From Eledone cirrhosa (lineage: Eukaryota): 64,000 nucleotides of DNA. The DNA lies in the NCBI GenBank assembly GCA_964016885.1, contig OZ024740.1, positions 64,728,001 to 64,792,000 on the forward strand. Reading direction: 5' to 3'. Made by a program: the position numbers and the translations under genes. Positions 41,701-54,008 of the stretch are shown here, in pieces (position 1 is the stretch's first letter; every line of letters starts with the position of its first letter). The notes below the pieces were generated by a model that was not told the DNA's origin, did not search any database, and worked only from the letters and a program-made list of their open reading frames with translations.

Positions 41701-43439
41701 TATGCTTTTTATGTATATACATATTTCTGCATGTATGTCTGTATTAACCTATATAGTCGCGACGTTTATCAACTAAGAAATGATTACATTATATTTTAAT
41801 ATATGCATCAATCTTTAACAGTAACATTCTTTCTTTTAACTTATATTTTCCGCCTCTCTATCTCTCTACCGTGTAATTGAATTTAATTACACAGGATCAT
41901 TCATCTACAATGTACGCAGCTAAGCTACGAGAATGGAGTTAGATAAAAAATCTTTTGCAAACATACATATAATCTAAAACATGTTATCTAAAATATTTCA
42001 TTTAATTTTGTTTTCTTTTTACCAGCTTTTCATCATTTCTTTAGAACTTTCTAGAATTAAACTCTCTTTGATGACAAAGAATTGCAAAGGCCAGTGTTAT
42101 CATTTCAAATTATGAAATAATATATTGTAAATTATATTGATTTGCAAATGACAAGTAATATGAATCGGTTTGAAATACAAAAAGTTATCTTTGTTTATTA
42201 AAATTATCGTACGGAAAAATTTAGATAGAAACTTTAATAGAATTCAAGTATTTTCCAAATCATTTGTGAGGCTGTGGAATTTAGGATGTGATATGTGATG
42301 TTATACTCTCTAAGAAGATATTTTGAATTTTACATTGGGGGTGCATTTTGTATCCTAAATAAATATATCACACACAACCGGAAACTAAACAAAGGTATTC
42401 CTATATAAGAATTTGAAATTTCATTGATTCGTTTTGTACTAATTTCAAATCGCACACCAACAATTATTTAAAAATTTGGTGATTATATGTTTTATTCGCT
42501 TTCGACCGCTTTAGAATGGCGATTCGAAAGTCCCAGTCAATTTTGTAAAGTACATTCTGAAAATTAAGTTTTATTCTACAGGCTTGAATATAGAACCATA
42601 ATAATTTGAATGTTTGCAAAACACATTATTTTCATTCAGATTAAGGTTTGACTTTAAAATGCAAAGTAACCATAATTTCTGTCACAAGTGCCACACGTAT
42701 ATATACGGTGTTTGTAACTTGATGTATAGCTCATACTCTGAATAATTAAAATTATCTAAATAAATGCAATGCAACGATAGTTAGGAAATATTGAGAAATT
42801 ATTTTGTGGTCAGAAAAAACAATGGTTATTCGTGTGAATTACAAATATCAATTTAATGTTTCCAATATTATTATAACAGAAAGAAAAACTGAAGATATTT
42901 AAGGAAGAGAGCAACATTAGATTCTTGGCTGGTCGCTTATCTCAACTACGTCACCTTAGCAGCATGGATAATGCATTGCCGTGAGGAATAGCTAGTTATA
43001 CTCACTGCATCAGCTGCGCTACCTCGCAGTGTTCCTTGTTCAAGGTTGATGGCCGCGTACCCATTTGACATTAAAAAAATGACAGACCGGGGAACGAAGC
43101 TAGACACGGTTTCAATGTTAAATAAAATGTCCGGGAGAATAACCTATTGTATGCTATGTCTTTATAGCTCTCGACTCTATATCAGCTACTGACATTTCGC
43201 TGTCTTTCTGAGAAGTACATTAAAGAACATTAGTCTAGGTTTCCCCGATTAATTCTTGCAGTTGCAAATAGTTCGGTTTTAGACAAGTATATATCACTAA
43301 TTATTTAGATGTTCTACCGTTTGCATTTGAGTGTGTGAGATAGTTGTGGAGGTAGGTAAAGAGTAGCTCATCCAACTGTAATCTGTGCAGAGTCATTTGT
43401 AGCCATCCCTGAGTAATGTATCGTCGTCCGGAAACTTAC

Positions 43440-43593
43440 TCTGCTGTTAGATTTAACGTGTGTGTCCTTAGTGGGATTTATTTTACTGCACTTATTTGAA
43501 ACAGAGTTCTTGTCAGAAGAACATTCAGCGCATCCTACTAGTCTCACTGGTTCAGAAAAATCGCGTCGACGCAACCTTATGCTTTTGATTAAG
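43440..43593 (-). other. Candidate host exon (154 bp)
   Basis: Polypyrimidine-type acceptor TTTGCATTTTGGTTTTGTAG, donor AGA/GTAAGT, and an open frame (LIKSIRLRRRDFSEPVRLVGCAECSS...). No recognisable homology. Confidence 0.3.
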
Positions 43594-45251
43594 CTACAAA
43601 ACCAAAATGCAAATCTCAAATTCTCAAAATAAATGTTAATAGCACTTTTAAAACCACAGCTTAGATATATCTCATTTCTGTGTTTTAATGTATTTTATTG
43701 TCAAATGTATCTCGTATTCTACTTGCTATCATCGTGCCGGCGATAAACTGATTCACCATTTAAACTCTATTTAAATTAAATGGATACACGTATCTTCACC
43801 ACTTCATCTCCTTAAAGTATTATTTTTTTCATAATTGCAGATAAACATTCTCATTCTAAATATATTTCATTTAATGTGAATGGCAACATACCATAAAAAA
43901 TTGCACGGTTAAAATATGGCAATTATCAAGAAATAGTAATTTTAAGATATATTATAGGTTCTAAATTAAATGGCAGCCAAATAACATTATCTGTAAATAT
44001 ATATTTTTCGTCACAACTTTGTGAAGTTAAAATCATACCACTCAACTAAAATTCGAATGTTTCATATCCTGACAATGGTACTGCTGGTATGATATGTGTT
44101 CCCACTGTATCTGCAGTGAGAGTAGTGGGAGATGGATAACTCATATACCCATTAAATACACTTTTGTTTACATATTTACCATTGCTTTTCGAACCCACAC
44201 ATATATATATATATGCCAGTTTTCTATCTATGAATGGTAAGAGATAGCCACACAACTTCTTGATTGCTCGTTTGTCTTTAGTAAACGCTGTTTCGTTAAA
44301 GATTGATATCTTTCGAAAATTACAAGTTTATAACATTAGAGTATGGATTGCACACAATTCTTACATGTTCATGCCAAAATGTTCAGGCGCGTAAGGAATA
44401 TTCAACATGAAAGTGAACATGTATCATTTTAAGTATAATTTATACTCCTGATTAAAAAAAACAACATATTATTAACACACATACATCCTACTTGGAATGT
44501 AAAATGAAACCGTTCTGACAATATCTTTATTTAGTAAAAGAATAAAACATGAAGCTTTGCATTCATGTAGCATGGCTAATGAAAACTGATTTTGGCAGCG
44601 TCCATAATTCTTTAGGCTACCAGTTATATTTGGACATCGCTATTACGAGGAGTAAAGAAAGTTAAAATGTCTTAAATTGCAATCAATCCTGTGAATAAAA
44701 TGAAGTTTTCAGCATCATATTTATAATTTGCAAAGTAGAATGAGAAAGAAATATTGTGCATGTGAAATGTATTCGAATATAATAGTTAGAGAGGAATACG
44801 TCAGACAATATGTTGCATCTTGGATCAGAAACAGCTGCGAGTTAATCACGGATTTATTAACTATTTTTTCTAGCAAATAAGTTATTCACTCACTGTCCAC
44901 ATTACTTACCTTCTGTGACCTCTGTATCATGTGTTTATCTCTCTCCTCTCCTCCCGAGAAATTCTCACTTGCTACGAAAGAAGCAGTCTTTTTTTTTTAC
45001 CATTTTATCACATGTTAATCTCTCTTGCCATGAACGCGTCTAGAAAACAGTCCTTTTTTTCGGGGTGTCTCGTGATAAGCCGTATCATCGTCACAGCGAT
45101 GATGCACTTTATAGTGAAGAAATCGGTGCTCACAGATCGGCGGAACTGCAGTCGGGATTTTGAAGAAAGAATAGGTATATTTTTGTCTATTATTTCATCA
45201 TATTTTATAATTTTATATATATATATATACATACATACACAGACACACACA

Positions 45252-45357
<106 letters not shown>

Positions 45358-45362
45358 TACAT

Positions 45363-46361
45363 ATATATCATAAATCATGTTCTTAGAATTATTAGATAAA
45401 ATATATACCATTTCCTCTCCCAATTAGCATAATTAATCATATAAAAAATCAATTAGACCAGGCTATAAGAATAAAGGCGCCTATGAAGAAATTTTCGACA
45501 AATAAATTATGCTAATTGGGAGAGGAAATGGTATATATTTTTCTAATAATTCTAAGGACATGATTTATGATATATTGCTCTGATTATTTAATTTATTAAT
45601 TCTGCATTGAGCCAAAACGTGACCGGTTGTCACATATATATCTATGACTTTATGTATATGTAAATCTTTATATTTAATAATCTCCCGTTAGGTTGAGATA
45701 CAATTGGGCGATATTGGGCTGCGCTTTCTAGCAACAAGCCTACCCGCCGTAAGCAACTAATCACATTCTTTCTAACATGACCACTGCCACGTCACGATTC
45801 TTAGCCATTTTTTAATCTACTTTTTGCGCGATCGCTTTGGAAAATTAAATGCCTAATATTGAGTTTTCTCCTGATGAGTCTGTTACTCTGGATATATCCT
45901 GATAATTGGATGTCTAAACATACGGACGAAAGCATGGTAGAGATATAATTACGGTATGTACACATTTCTTCTAAGTTTTAATTTACACCTAATTGTGAAA
46001 TGGCTGACGGTATATTTAGTCAGTTTCTACATGCTGTTGAAATGTTGGATAGATACTCTATTGGGGCCACCGCGAAGAGGCCGCTTTCAGTTATTTGTCG
46101 AACATTTCTTCATAGGAACCTTTATTCTTATAGCTTGGTCTAATTGATTTTTTATATGGTTAATTATGCTAATTGGTAGAGGAAATGGTATATATTTTAT
46201 CTAATAATTCTAAGGACATGATTTATGATATATTGCTCTGATTATTTAATTTATTAATTCTTCATTGAGCCAAAACGTGACCGGTTGCCACATATATATA
46301 TCTATGACTTTATGAATATGTAAATCTTTATATATATCTATGACTTTATGAATATGTAAAT

Positions 46362-46370
<9 letters not shown>
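45363..46370 (+). mobile_element. ORF-less 657-bp hammerhead unit in partial tandem with 5' inversion
   Basis: 45505-45675 is repeated at 46162-46334. 45363-45505 is the reverse complement of 46091-46233. Flanked by (TA)n. Confidence 0.85.
45867..45943 (+). ncRNA. Type I hammerhead ribozyme motif (canonical core)
   Basis: UCUC-CUGAUGA-GUCUGU...ACGGAC-GAAA-GCAUGG-UA/GAGA, with a G-C pair at the base of stem II. Confidence 0.8.
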
Positions 46371-46441
<71 letters not shown>

Positions 46442-46779
46442 ATATATATATATGTGTGTATGTATATATATAAAGAAAAAAAGATGAAATCGAAAATGCA
46501 ACTGGAGTCTTATTTAAAAATATATATATATATTTATTTGGTTCCTTTACCGGTTTCGCAGTTCTTCTGCTTTTCAAAAGTAAAGTTGAGATGTAGGGTC
46601 AGTGGTTTTTCTTCGACTCCCATATACGTCAATACTCGTCTTTTTCCATTTCTCTGAGGGGTCTAAACCTCACTATCAGGCTAAAATTTCTTTAGTCATA
46701 AAATGCTGTGAAAGCTTCTATTGTCTAATTTCAAATTTGCTCAGTGTTTCAAAAATACTTACTTGCCATCATACAAGCG

Positions 46780-47434
46780 AATAAGCTTGAACTAGAACAG
46801 CGTTCCTTTGTCAGTGTTGAACAAATGAGCAACGCTGGTTGCTAGACACTGTACGGCTTAATTCAGGATGTTTGTTTACAAACACACCGAGCATTATAAT
46901 AAATGTTCGGTGAATTCATGCGTACATATATATATGTGTGCATGTATGTATATATATACATACTACTGTACGTCTGTATACAGATATGTATGTACGTATA
47001 CATACTTATATTTGAGCAACAGCCGTACTAAGAGTGAGACATGAAATTTTGTTTCATTTTTTCCGTTTATCGTTTCGGTACCCCGGCCGATTAACTCACT
47101 CGATATGCAAATTGGGCTGCTCAGCCGTTAATATGCATAAGGAAGGTATATCATTTCAGACGTTCAACCATCTGGCAGGAAGGTATACGTTGCTGACGAT
47201 AGCTAATAAGCTTGAAACTAGTACAGCGTTCCTTTGTCAGTGTTGAACAAATGAGCAACGATGGTTGCTAGACACTGTACGGCTTAATTCGGGATGTTTG
47301 TTTACAAACACACCGAGCATTATAATAAATGTTTGGTGAATCCATACGTACATATATATATGTGTGCACGTATGGATATATATATATACATACTACTGTA
47401 CGTCTGTATACATATATGTATGTACGTATACAGA

Positions 47435-47438
<4 letters not shown>
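46780..47438 (+). mobile_element. Tandem 426-bp hammerhead-containing unit (~1.5 copies), retrozyme-like
   Basis: 46867 aligns with 47293 (offset 426). Further copies at ~50270-50490 (+) and 62893-63537 (-). No meaningful ORF. Confidence 0.85.
47188..47228 (+). ncRNA. Type I hammerhead ribozyme motif (426-bp unit)
   Basis: CGUUG-CUGACGA-U AGCU AAUA AGCU U-GAAA-CUAG-UA/CAGCG. Confidence 0.85.
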
Positions 47439-47489
<51 letters not shown>

Positions 47490-47755
47490 GCCTAAACACG
47501 AGAAGTGAATGTTTCACACGTTGTCCACACGTCACAAACATCTATTGCATAACTACAAGGCTCCGGACTGATTCTTTGTAATTTTATTTTTTATTTTTTT
47601 AAATTTTATTTTCAACCTAAAAACTTTCCGGACTTTCGCAGTTATCTCCCTTACACCTCCTGCACGCAGTCTAGTATTGCCTGTGTGAAGTTACCGAGTT
47701 TCTGCGCATGCGCGTTCGTACGGTTGTCCTTCCTGTTCCTATAACCATACACATC

Positions 47756-47795
47756 CCGAGCTGAAGATCTGCGAATGTGAAACAATTGTTCTCGG
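47756..47795 (+). ncRNA. Hammerhead motif, 5' pLTR
   Basis: CCGAG-CUGAAGA-UCUGCGAAUGU-GAAA-CAAUUG-UU/CUCGG, extended by ACCAUA/UAUGGU. Confidence 0.75.
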
Positions 47796-47863
47796 TATGG
47801 TGAACTAACTGTTGTGTACCCACTTCTACCTAACTCGTCCCTTGGACTGAGTGCTCTACCACT

Positions 47864-49820
47864 ACGGATATTATCTTCCTGAATTACTCCCTGAAGAACA
47901 TTCCAACTCCCTCCAACCATGTTTACCAAAAGCTCCTCCTACAAAAAGCGGAAGATATCGTCAGACGCTTAAGATGGCGAGCCCTAGCCTTCGGCGGCAA
48001 AATTACAGGCACAAACAACACCTTCAACCTTAAATCGAGAGCCTACCCTCCTAAGGTAACCGAACTTGCTCCTTTCGAGATGGACCTTCTTTACTTAGTC
48101 GCTTACATTTCCTTTCGCAAACACACTAACACCTTTCAAAGTAAACTCAGAAACGATATTAAGAAATTTAGGTCTTCTAATAACACCTTCGTCTTTTCCG
48201 ACAAAACTAATAATATTTACGAAGTCGACAACACGACTTTCCGCCACTTGACCCATAACTCTATTACTTCTAAATATAAGAAAGCTAACCCTATGGCCTA
48301 CCACAACATTAATACACAAGCCACTGATCTTAAGGTAGATAAGAAGATACAATCTCTAGCTAAGCGGGAGGCGTTCCTCACCCTGAAAGATCACAAGGTA
48401 GACTTTACTTCTAACCCCATATGTAGACTAATAAACCCGGCACGCACAGATATGGTACTAATCAGTAAGGCCATACTTAGAAACATGGTTAAGTCCATTA
48501 GGACCAAGTCCAACCTGCCCCAGTGGGAGAACAGCGACTCCGTAATTAAGTGGTTTAACTCCTTAAAATCCAAAAAAGCGAAGTTCACACAGTTTGACAT
48601 TGTCGATTTTACTCGTCGATCTCAGAAACCCTGTTAAACAAAGCGTTGGAGTTCGCTACCACTTATACCACCGTCGATGGTTTAGACAGGGAAATCATCG
48701 CTGACTGCTGGAAAACCCTCATCTTCAACGACGGAGTACCTGGGCAAAGAAGTCTACATCTTCAGACCTGTTCGACGTCTCCATGGAATCGTTTGACAGT
48801 GCTGACGTATGTGACTTGGTTGGCCTTTTTATCTTAGACATATTATGTGTTAGATTCCCGGACTTCCACACGGGAATATACCGTGACGATGGACTGACTT
48901 TATCGAGCCATAAAAGTGGTCACGACCTCGACCGGTTTAAAAAAGACTTAGCTTCTACCTTCAATGAGTTAGGCCTTAGGATAACAGTAGCCACCAACCT
49001 CTCTAGCCTAGTTTTCTTAGATATTAATTTAGACCTTCGCACACACACCCACCAACCCTTCCATAAGCTAAACGAGAAACTTAATTACATTCACAAGGAC
49101 TCATGCCACCCTCCCACTGTTTTTAGAAACTTCGTTAAGAATATCAGTACTAAAATCTCAAACCTCTCCTCTAATAAGGCTATCTTTGACAGGGCGGCAC
49201 CCTACTATAACACGGCGTTGGCTAACAGCGGCTTCTCACAACCTATCACCTACTCTCCCACTAGCAACAACACCATTAAGAAAAATAAGCTCATCGATAG
49301 ACAAACTATCTGGTTCTCTCCTACCTTCTCACTCAACATTAAAACCAATCTAGGAAAACAATTTCTATCCCTCTTAGATAGACACTTCCCCATAGGTCAT
49401 AAATACCGCTCCATCTTTAACCGACACAAAGTTAAACTAGGATACTCTTGCGCTAAGAACATGAAGGCCCACATGACCAGCAGCCCTAGGAGCAACACCC
49501 CACAAGGGTGCTCTTGCCATAAGCCTGAAGCTTGCCCCCTTCAACAGCAATGCAACAAACCAGCTGTAATCTATGAAGCTGTGGTCACTTCCAACCGACC
49601 AAACAAACCACAGGAGGTCAAATCCTATGTGGGCATGGCGGAGGGCCGATTCAAGGAGCGTTTCCTGAACCACCAGTCTACCTTCAGATACCCTCAAGGA
49701 CTCAAGTATAGGCTACTCCATTCAATGGAAAGACATCACTAAGTCCAAGCCATATGCAAGGGGAAATCCGACGTGTGGCTTATATATTGACGAACAAATA
49801 ACTATCTTAAAGAGATTACT
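47864..49820 (+). pseudogene. Frameshifted PLE RT-GIY-YIG ORF
   Basis: YSLKNIPTPS, FSDKT, LTLKDHK, CRLINPA, QFDIVDF, GIYRDD, FLDINLDL, CSCHKPEACPL, VIYEA..SYVGMAEGRFKERFLNH across ORFs 48080..48637 and 48783..49742. The C-terminus is degraded. Confidence 0.93.
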
Positions 49821-50096
49821 CAATAGTGATTTCTAAACACGAAGTGTGAATTTTTCACACGTTGTCCACGCGTCACCAAACATCTATTGCATAACTACAA
49901 GGCTCCGGACTGATTCTTTGTAATTTTAATTTTAATTTTTTAAAATTTATTTTCAACCTAAAAACTTTCCGGACTTTCGCAGTTATCTCCCTTACACCAC
50001 CCGCACGCAGTCTAGTATTGCCTGTGTGAAGTGACCGAGTTTCTGCACATGCGCGTTCGTACGGTTGTCTTTCCTGTTCCTGTAACCATACACATC

Positions 50097-50136
50097 CCGA
50101 GCTGAAGATCCGCGAAGGTGAAACAACTGTTCTCGG
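50097..50136 (+). ncRNA. Hammerhead motif, 3' pLTR
   Basis: CCGAG-CUGAAGA-U CC GCGAA GG U-GAAA-CAACUG-UU/CUCGG. Confidence 0.75.
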
Positions 50137-50212
50137 TATGGTGAACTAACTGTTGTGTAACCACTTGTACTGAGTGCTCTACCACTACGGATATTACCTT
50201 CCAGTGTTCCAC

Positions 50213-50266
<54 letters not shown>

Positions 50267-50269
50267 TAT

Positions 50270-50486
50270 TCGGTCTGTTTGTTTACAAACAAACCGAATA
50301 CGTACATACGTAAAAACCGAATACGTACATACGTACAAACCCATACTTACATATATATATATGTGTGCATGTATGTATGTATATACATACTACTGTACGT
50401 CTGTATACATATATGTATGTACGTATACCTATTTATATTTAAGTATCAGCCGTAATAAGAGTGAGAAATGAAATTTCATTTTTTCG

Positions 50487-50490
<4 letters not shown>
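50270..50490 (+). repeat. Fragment of the 426-bp family
   Basis: TGTTTGTTTACAAAC..TACTACTGTACGTCTGTATAC..CAGCCGTAATAAGAGTGAGAAATGAAATTTC. Confidence 0.8.
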
Positions 50491-50555
<65 letters not shown>

Positions 50556-51140
50556 GAGATCAATATCCAGTGATTTCAACCATTCAGGGGTGTATGTGTG
50601 TGGGAGGGGGGCGTATCTGTGTGTTTCCGTCTATAATGTCAAATATATATTTTATTTCTTTTGATATTCGGAGGTCACATAATTTATTATCTTGTTCCTA
50701 TACTTTTGATGAATTTATTTCGTTGATATGAATAAGTTTAAATGCATATCGATTGCTAAATATCAATTGCACTCCACTCTTTTCTTAAAGCAGGTATGAC
50801 ACTAGATTGAACGAGTTCTAAGGAAACTAACTAAATATATCATGCATTGTCATATTACATATGAATTGTAATTTAATGGAACAAAAAAATTGATTCTCTG
50901 TTTTGTGTTCGTTGGTTGACTATAAACGTTATTGGAATACATTAAATAACATGGCGTATATTACATTTATTGTTTTTCAATCATTGCTTATAGCTTGGCA
51001 TTTAATATGAAGAAATCAATGTAGCGGATTGTTATAAAGTGGTGGTACCGTATCTAAAATATGAAATTGAAAAAATTATTCATCAAAACGAATGAACAGA
51101 TGTCACATTTCTACATTGATACTTTCACTGCACACCCACA

Positions 51141-51587
<447 letters not shown>

Positions 51588-51751
51588 TCTAAGGCGGGTA
51601 AAATTCCCGAGATCCATGGACGAGTTCTCTCCAGCGGTCTCTGTCCCTCATCATCGCTGCCATGTCCTGCGTCTCCATAACGAAGGAAATGTGGTAAGGG
51701 ACCAGGTGAACCATAACGCACCAAAGTACTCAATACTTAGGGTAGTAGAGT

Positions 51752-51755
<4 letters not shown>
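51588..51755 (-). mobile_element. Family X segment joined to an RTE-LINE-like 3' end
   Basis: 51678-51755 matches 24863-24941. The adjacent minus-strand frame reads [29 protein letters not shown], similar to the DRxxWR C-terminal motif of RTE ORFs. Confidence 0.5.
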
Positions 51756-51794
<39 letters not shown>

Positions 51795-51801
<7 letters not shown>

Positions 51802-52586
51802 GTTAGTACAGCATTGACGAAGCTTTAGTATACGGCCAAGCTAGCGTATATGCATAATCGGTTTGTACTTTAGCACTCAGATGAGGTAAGACCCCAGAGT
51901 AATAACATTGCGTTCAGACACCCAGCTTAGCAAATCAGATATAGCAGTCGGCAGTCCGACCGCATTACCAGAGCAACGAAAATACAGGACCCAGGAAAAG
52001 ATTTTATACTGACCTGGACATAGCGCTGAGGCTGAGTGTAAAATATATAACTTACATCGTGTATCCACAATATATATCACAATATCACTGCAACATCAAC
52101 GCTAAGTTTCTGCAAATCCAAATCGACAAATTCCTATTGCAGGAGTCTGCAATATAAGGGTTTTTGATGACAGAACATAGGATTTACTTCTTCAGCAAGT
52201 CTTTCGTTCTTAGCCAAAGCGGGTATGTTGTAACCTTAAAAATCGCCACAGACACGTGGTTTTCTCCAACGGAGGTAACCCCCACTTGGGCAGTCTATTC
52301 TAATTTGAGGTAAAGGAATGAATCCCCTTACACAAACCGAATAAAGCACTCGACTAGTAGTTATCAAACAAACTTAAACAATTAATTAATCAATAGAATC
52401 ATCTTATAAAATTAATCAGTTAATCGTTAATTCTAGGAGTAAATATAAATTTTAGTACATCATTGACGAAGCTTTAGTATACGGCCAAGCTAACGTATAT
52501 GCATAATCGGTCTGTAACTTTAGCACTCAGATGAGGTAAGACCCCAGAGTAATAACATTACGTTCAGACAGCTTAGCAAATCAGAT
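51795..52586 (-). mobile_element. ORF-less 649-bp unit in partial tandem with hammerhead-like motif
   Basis: 51803-51940 is repeated at 52452-52586. Minus-strand CUGAAGA-A GUAAAUCC...GGAUUUGC A-GAAAC at ~52098-52200; stem I is not evident. Confidence 0.6.
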
Positions 52587-52713
52587 TGTTGTTGGATGCT
52601 TAAAGCGTCCGTATGCGGTAGGCCGTTAGAGCACTCGATGCTCTCATAGAGCAGAGTATGGTATCACAGAAAAAACGAGAATCAGTGTTGCGACGAATGG
52701 AATGTATTCAACA

Positions 52714-52801
52714 TATGAGAATCGTTTCTCTCGCGACCACCTCGAGGCTCGATCGATGTGATGATCGAACCTGACTCTGAAAATCGCAAGGTCTTCAGAT
52801 A
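52714..52801 (-). ncRNA. Hammerhead-like motif with adjacent fold-back
   Basis: UAU-CUGAAGA-C CUUGCGAUU...GGUCGCGAG A-GAAA-CGAUUC-UC/AUA. 52742-52799 is inverted at 52837-52894. Confidence 0.6.
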
Positions 52802-53466
52802 CGTCTTGATTCTACGAAGCAGATTTTCCGGAAAATTCTGAAGACCTTGCGATTTTCAGAGTCAGGTTCGATCATCACGTCGATCGAGCCTCGATATAAC
52901 TCACCCACACACACACCCCCAAACAATTTTTTTTTATCCACACGCCACCCACACCCACAGCACGCTTAAACCACACACACGTGCTTCCCACCACATATTT
53001 ACACCCTCAGCCTCCTGATTCCTCTCCCCCCACCCCCCTATCCACACACGCACAGACACTCCGACCCCCCCCCCCCACACCTTCCTGAACATGCAACCCC
53101 GTTCTTCCCCCAACCCTCACTTTCACATACACACACACACACACAGGCACACCTAACCACACACACCACCTTCAGCCCACCCCGCTCGGACACCCCGTCT
53201 CCCTCTCCCCACTCCACCCGCTACCACCCCTACTCACCCCACACCCTTCCACCACCTGTTTACCCCCCTTTTAATTTCAGTTTATTTTGATCATGCCTTT
53301 ATTTTAAAATTTTCTCATTCCTTGTATTTTGATCATGCTTTATTTTTATTTATTATATTTTTTGTCTTTATTTGTTAATTTTTCATTCGCACCGTTTCCT
53401 TTCGCTATATGTCTCTCCACCACTCCCCTAGACACCTTTTGAACTCTGTTCCCACACACTTCTCAC

Positions 53467-53497
53467 CTGAAGAAGGGCTTATGCCCGAAACGTCGTC
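53467..53497 (+). ncRNA. Minimal hammerhead-like motif, 5' pLTR
   Basis: CUGAAGA-A GGGC UUAU GCCC-GAAAC-GUC-GUC; no obvious local stem I. Confidence 0.6.
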
Positions 53498-54008
53498 CCC
53501 CACCTACCCCCCACTCTCCTGAGCGTGAATTTAATAAACATTTATTGTACTGCCTCTCTGTTCTGTCCCTGTTCAATTTTTCATTATATATAATACACGC
53601 TCACACGGCTTCCATCCTTGGAAAATAACTTAACAACCGGCTCAACCCCGATCTAATCCGGCGTGACCTTTCTCCGAACTTTACACACCTTCCCACACTT
53701 TGTCTTTCCTTCCACGCATTACCTCTGTTTGATTTTGTTACCGTACCCTTTTTTTTCCGTATAAGATTCTTTGCCTGTGTTCTTACAATTGTATTTCTAT
53801 GATTTTTTGTTCACGATCGCCTGTGTTATTACCTTTATGATTTTTTGTCTTTAATTTTCCGGTGTTTACTCCCCCCTCCCTACGTTTTTCTGATTCTTTT
53901 TCCCTTCCCCGTCTCTGCCTATCCTTCGCACTCACCCCTTCGTTCACTCCACCCCGCTTCACACCCCCGCCCTCTCATCCCTCGCCCTGCTTTCACCCAA
54001 CGCCCATC

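Larger units (their letters stand above)
47483..50217 (+). mobile_element. Second Hydra-like PLE with direct pLTRs, degraded
   Basis: pLTRs at ~47483-47880 and ~49824-50202; both ends in (TA)n. Confidence 0.92.
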
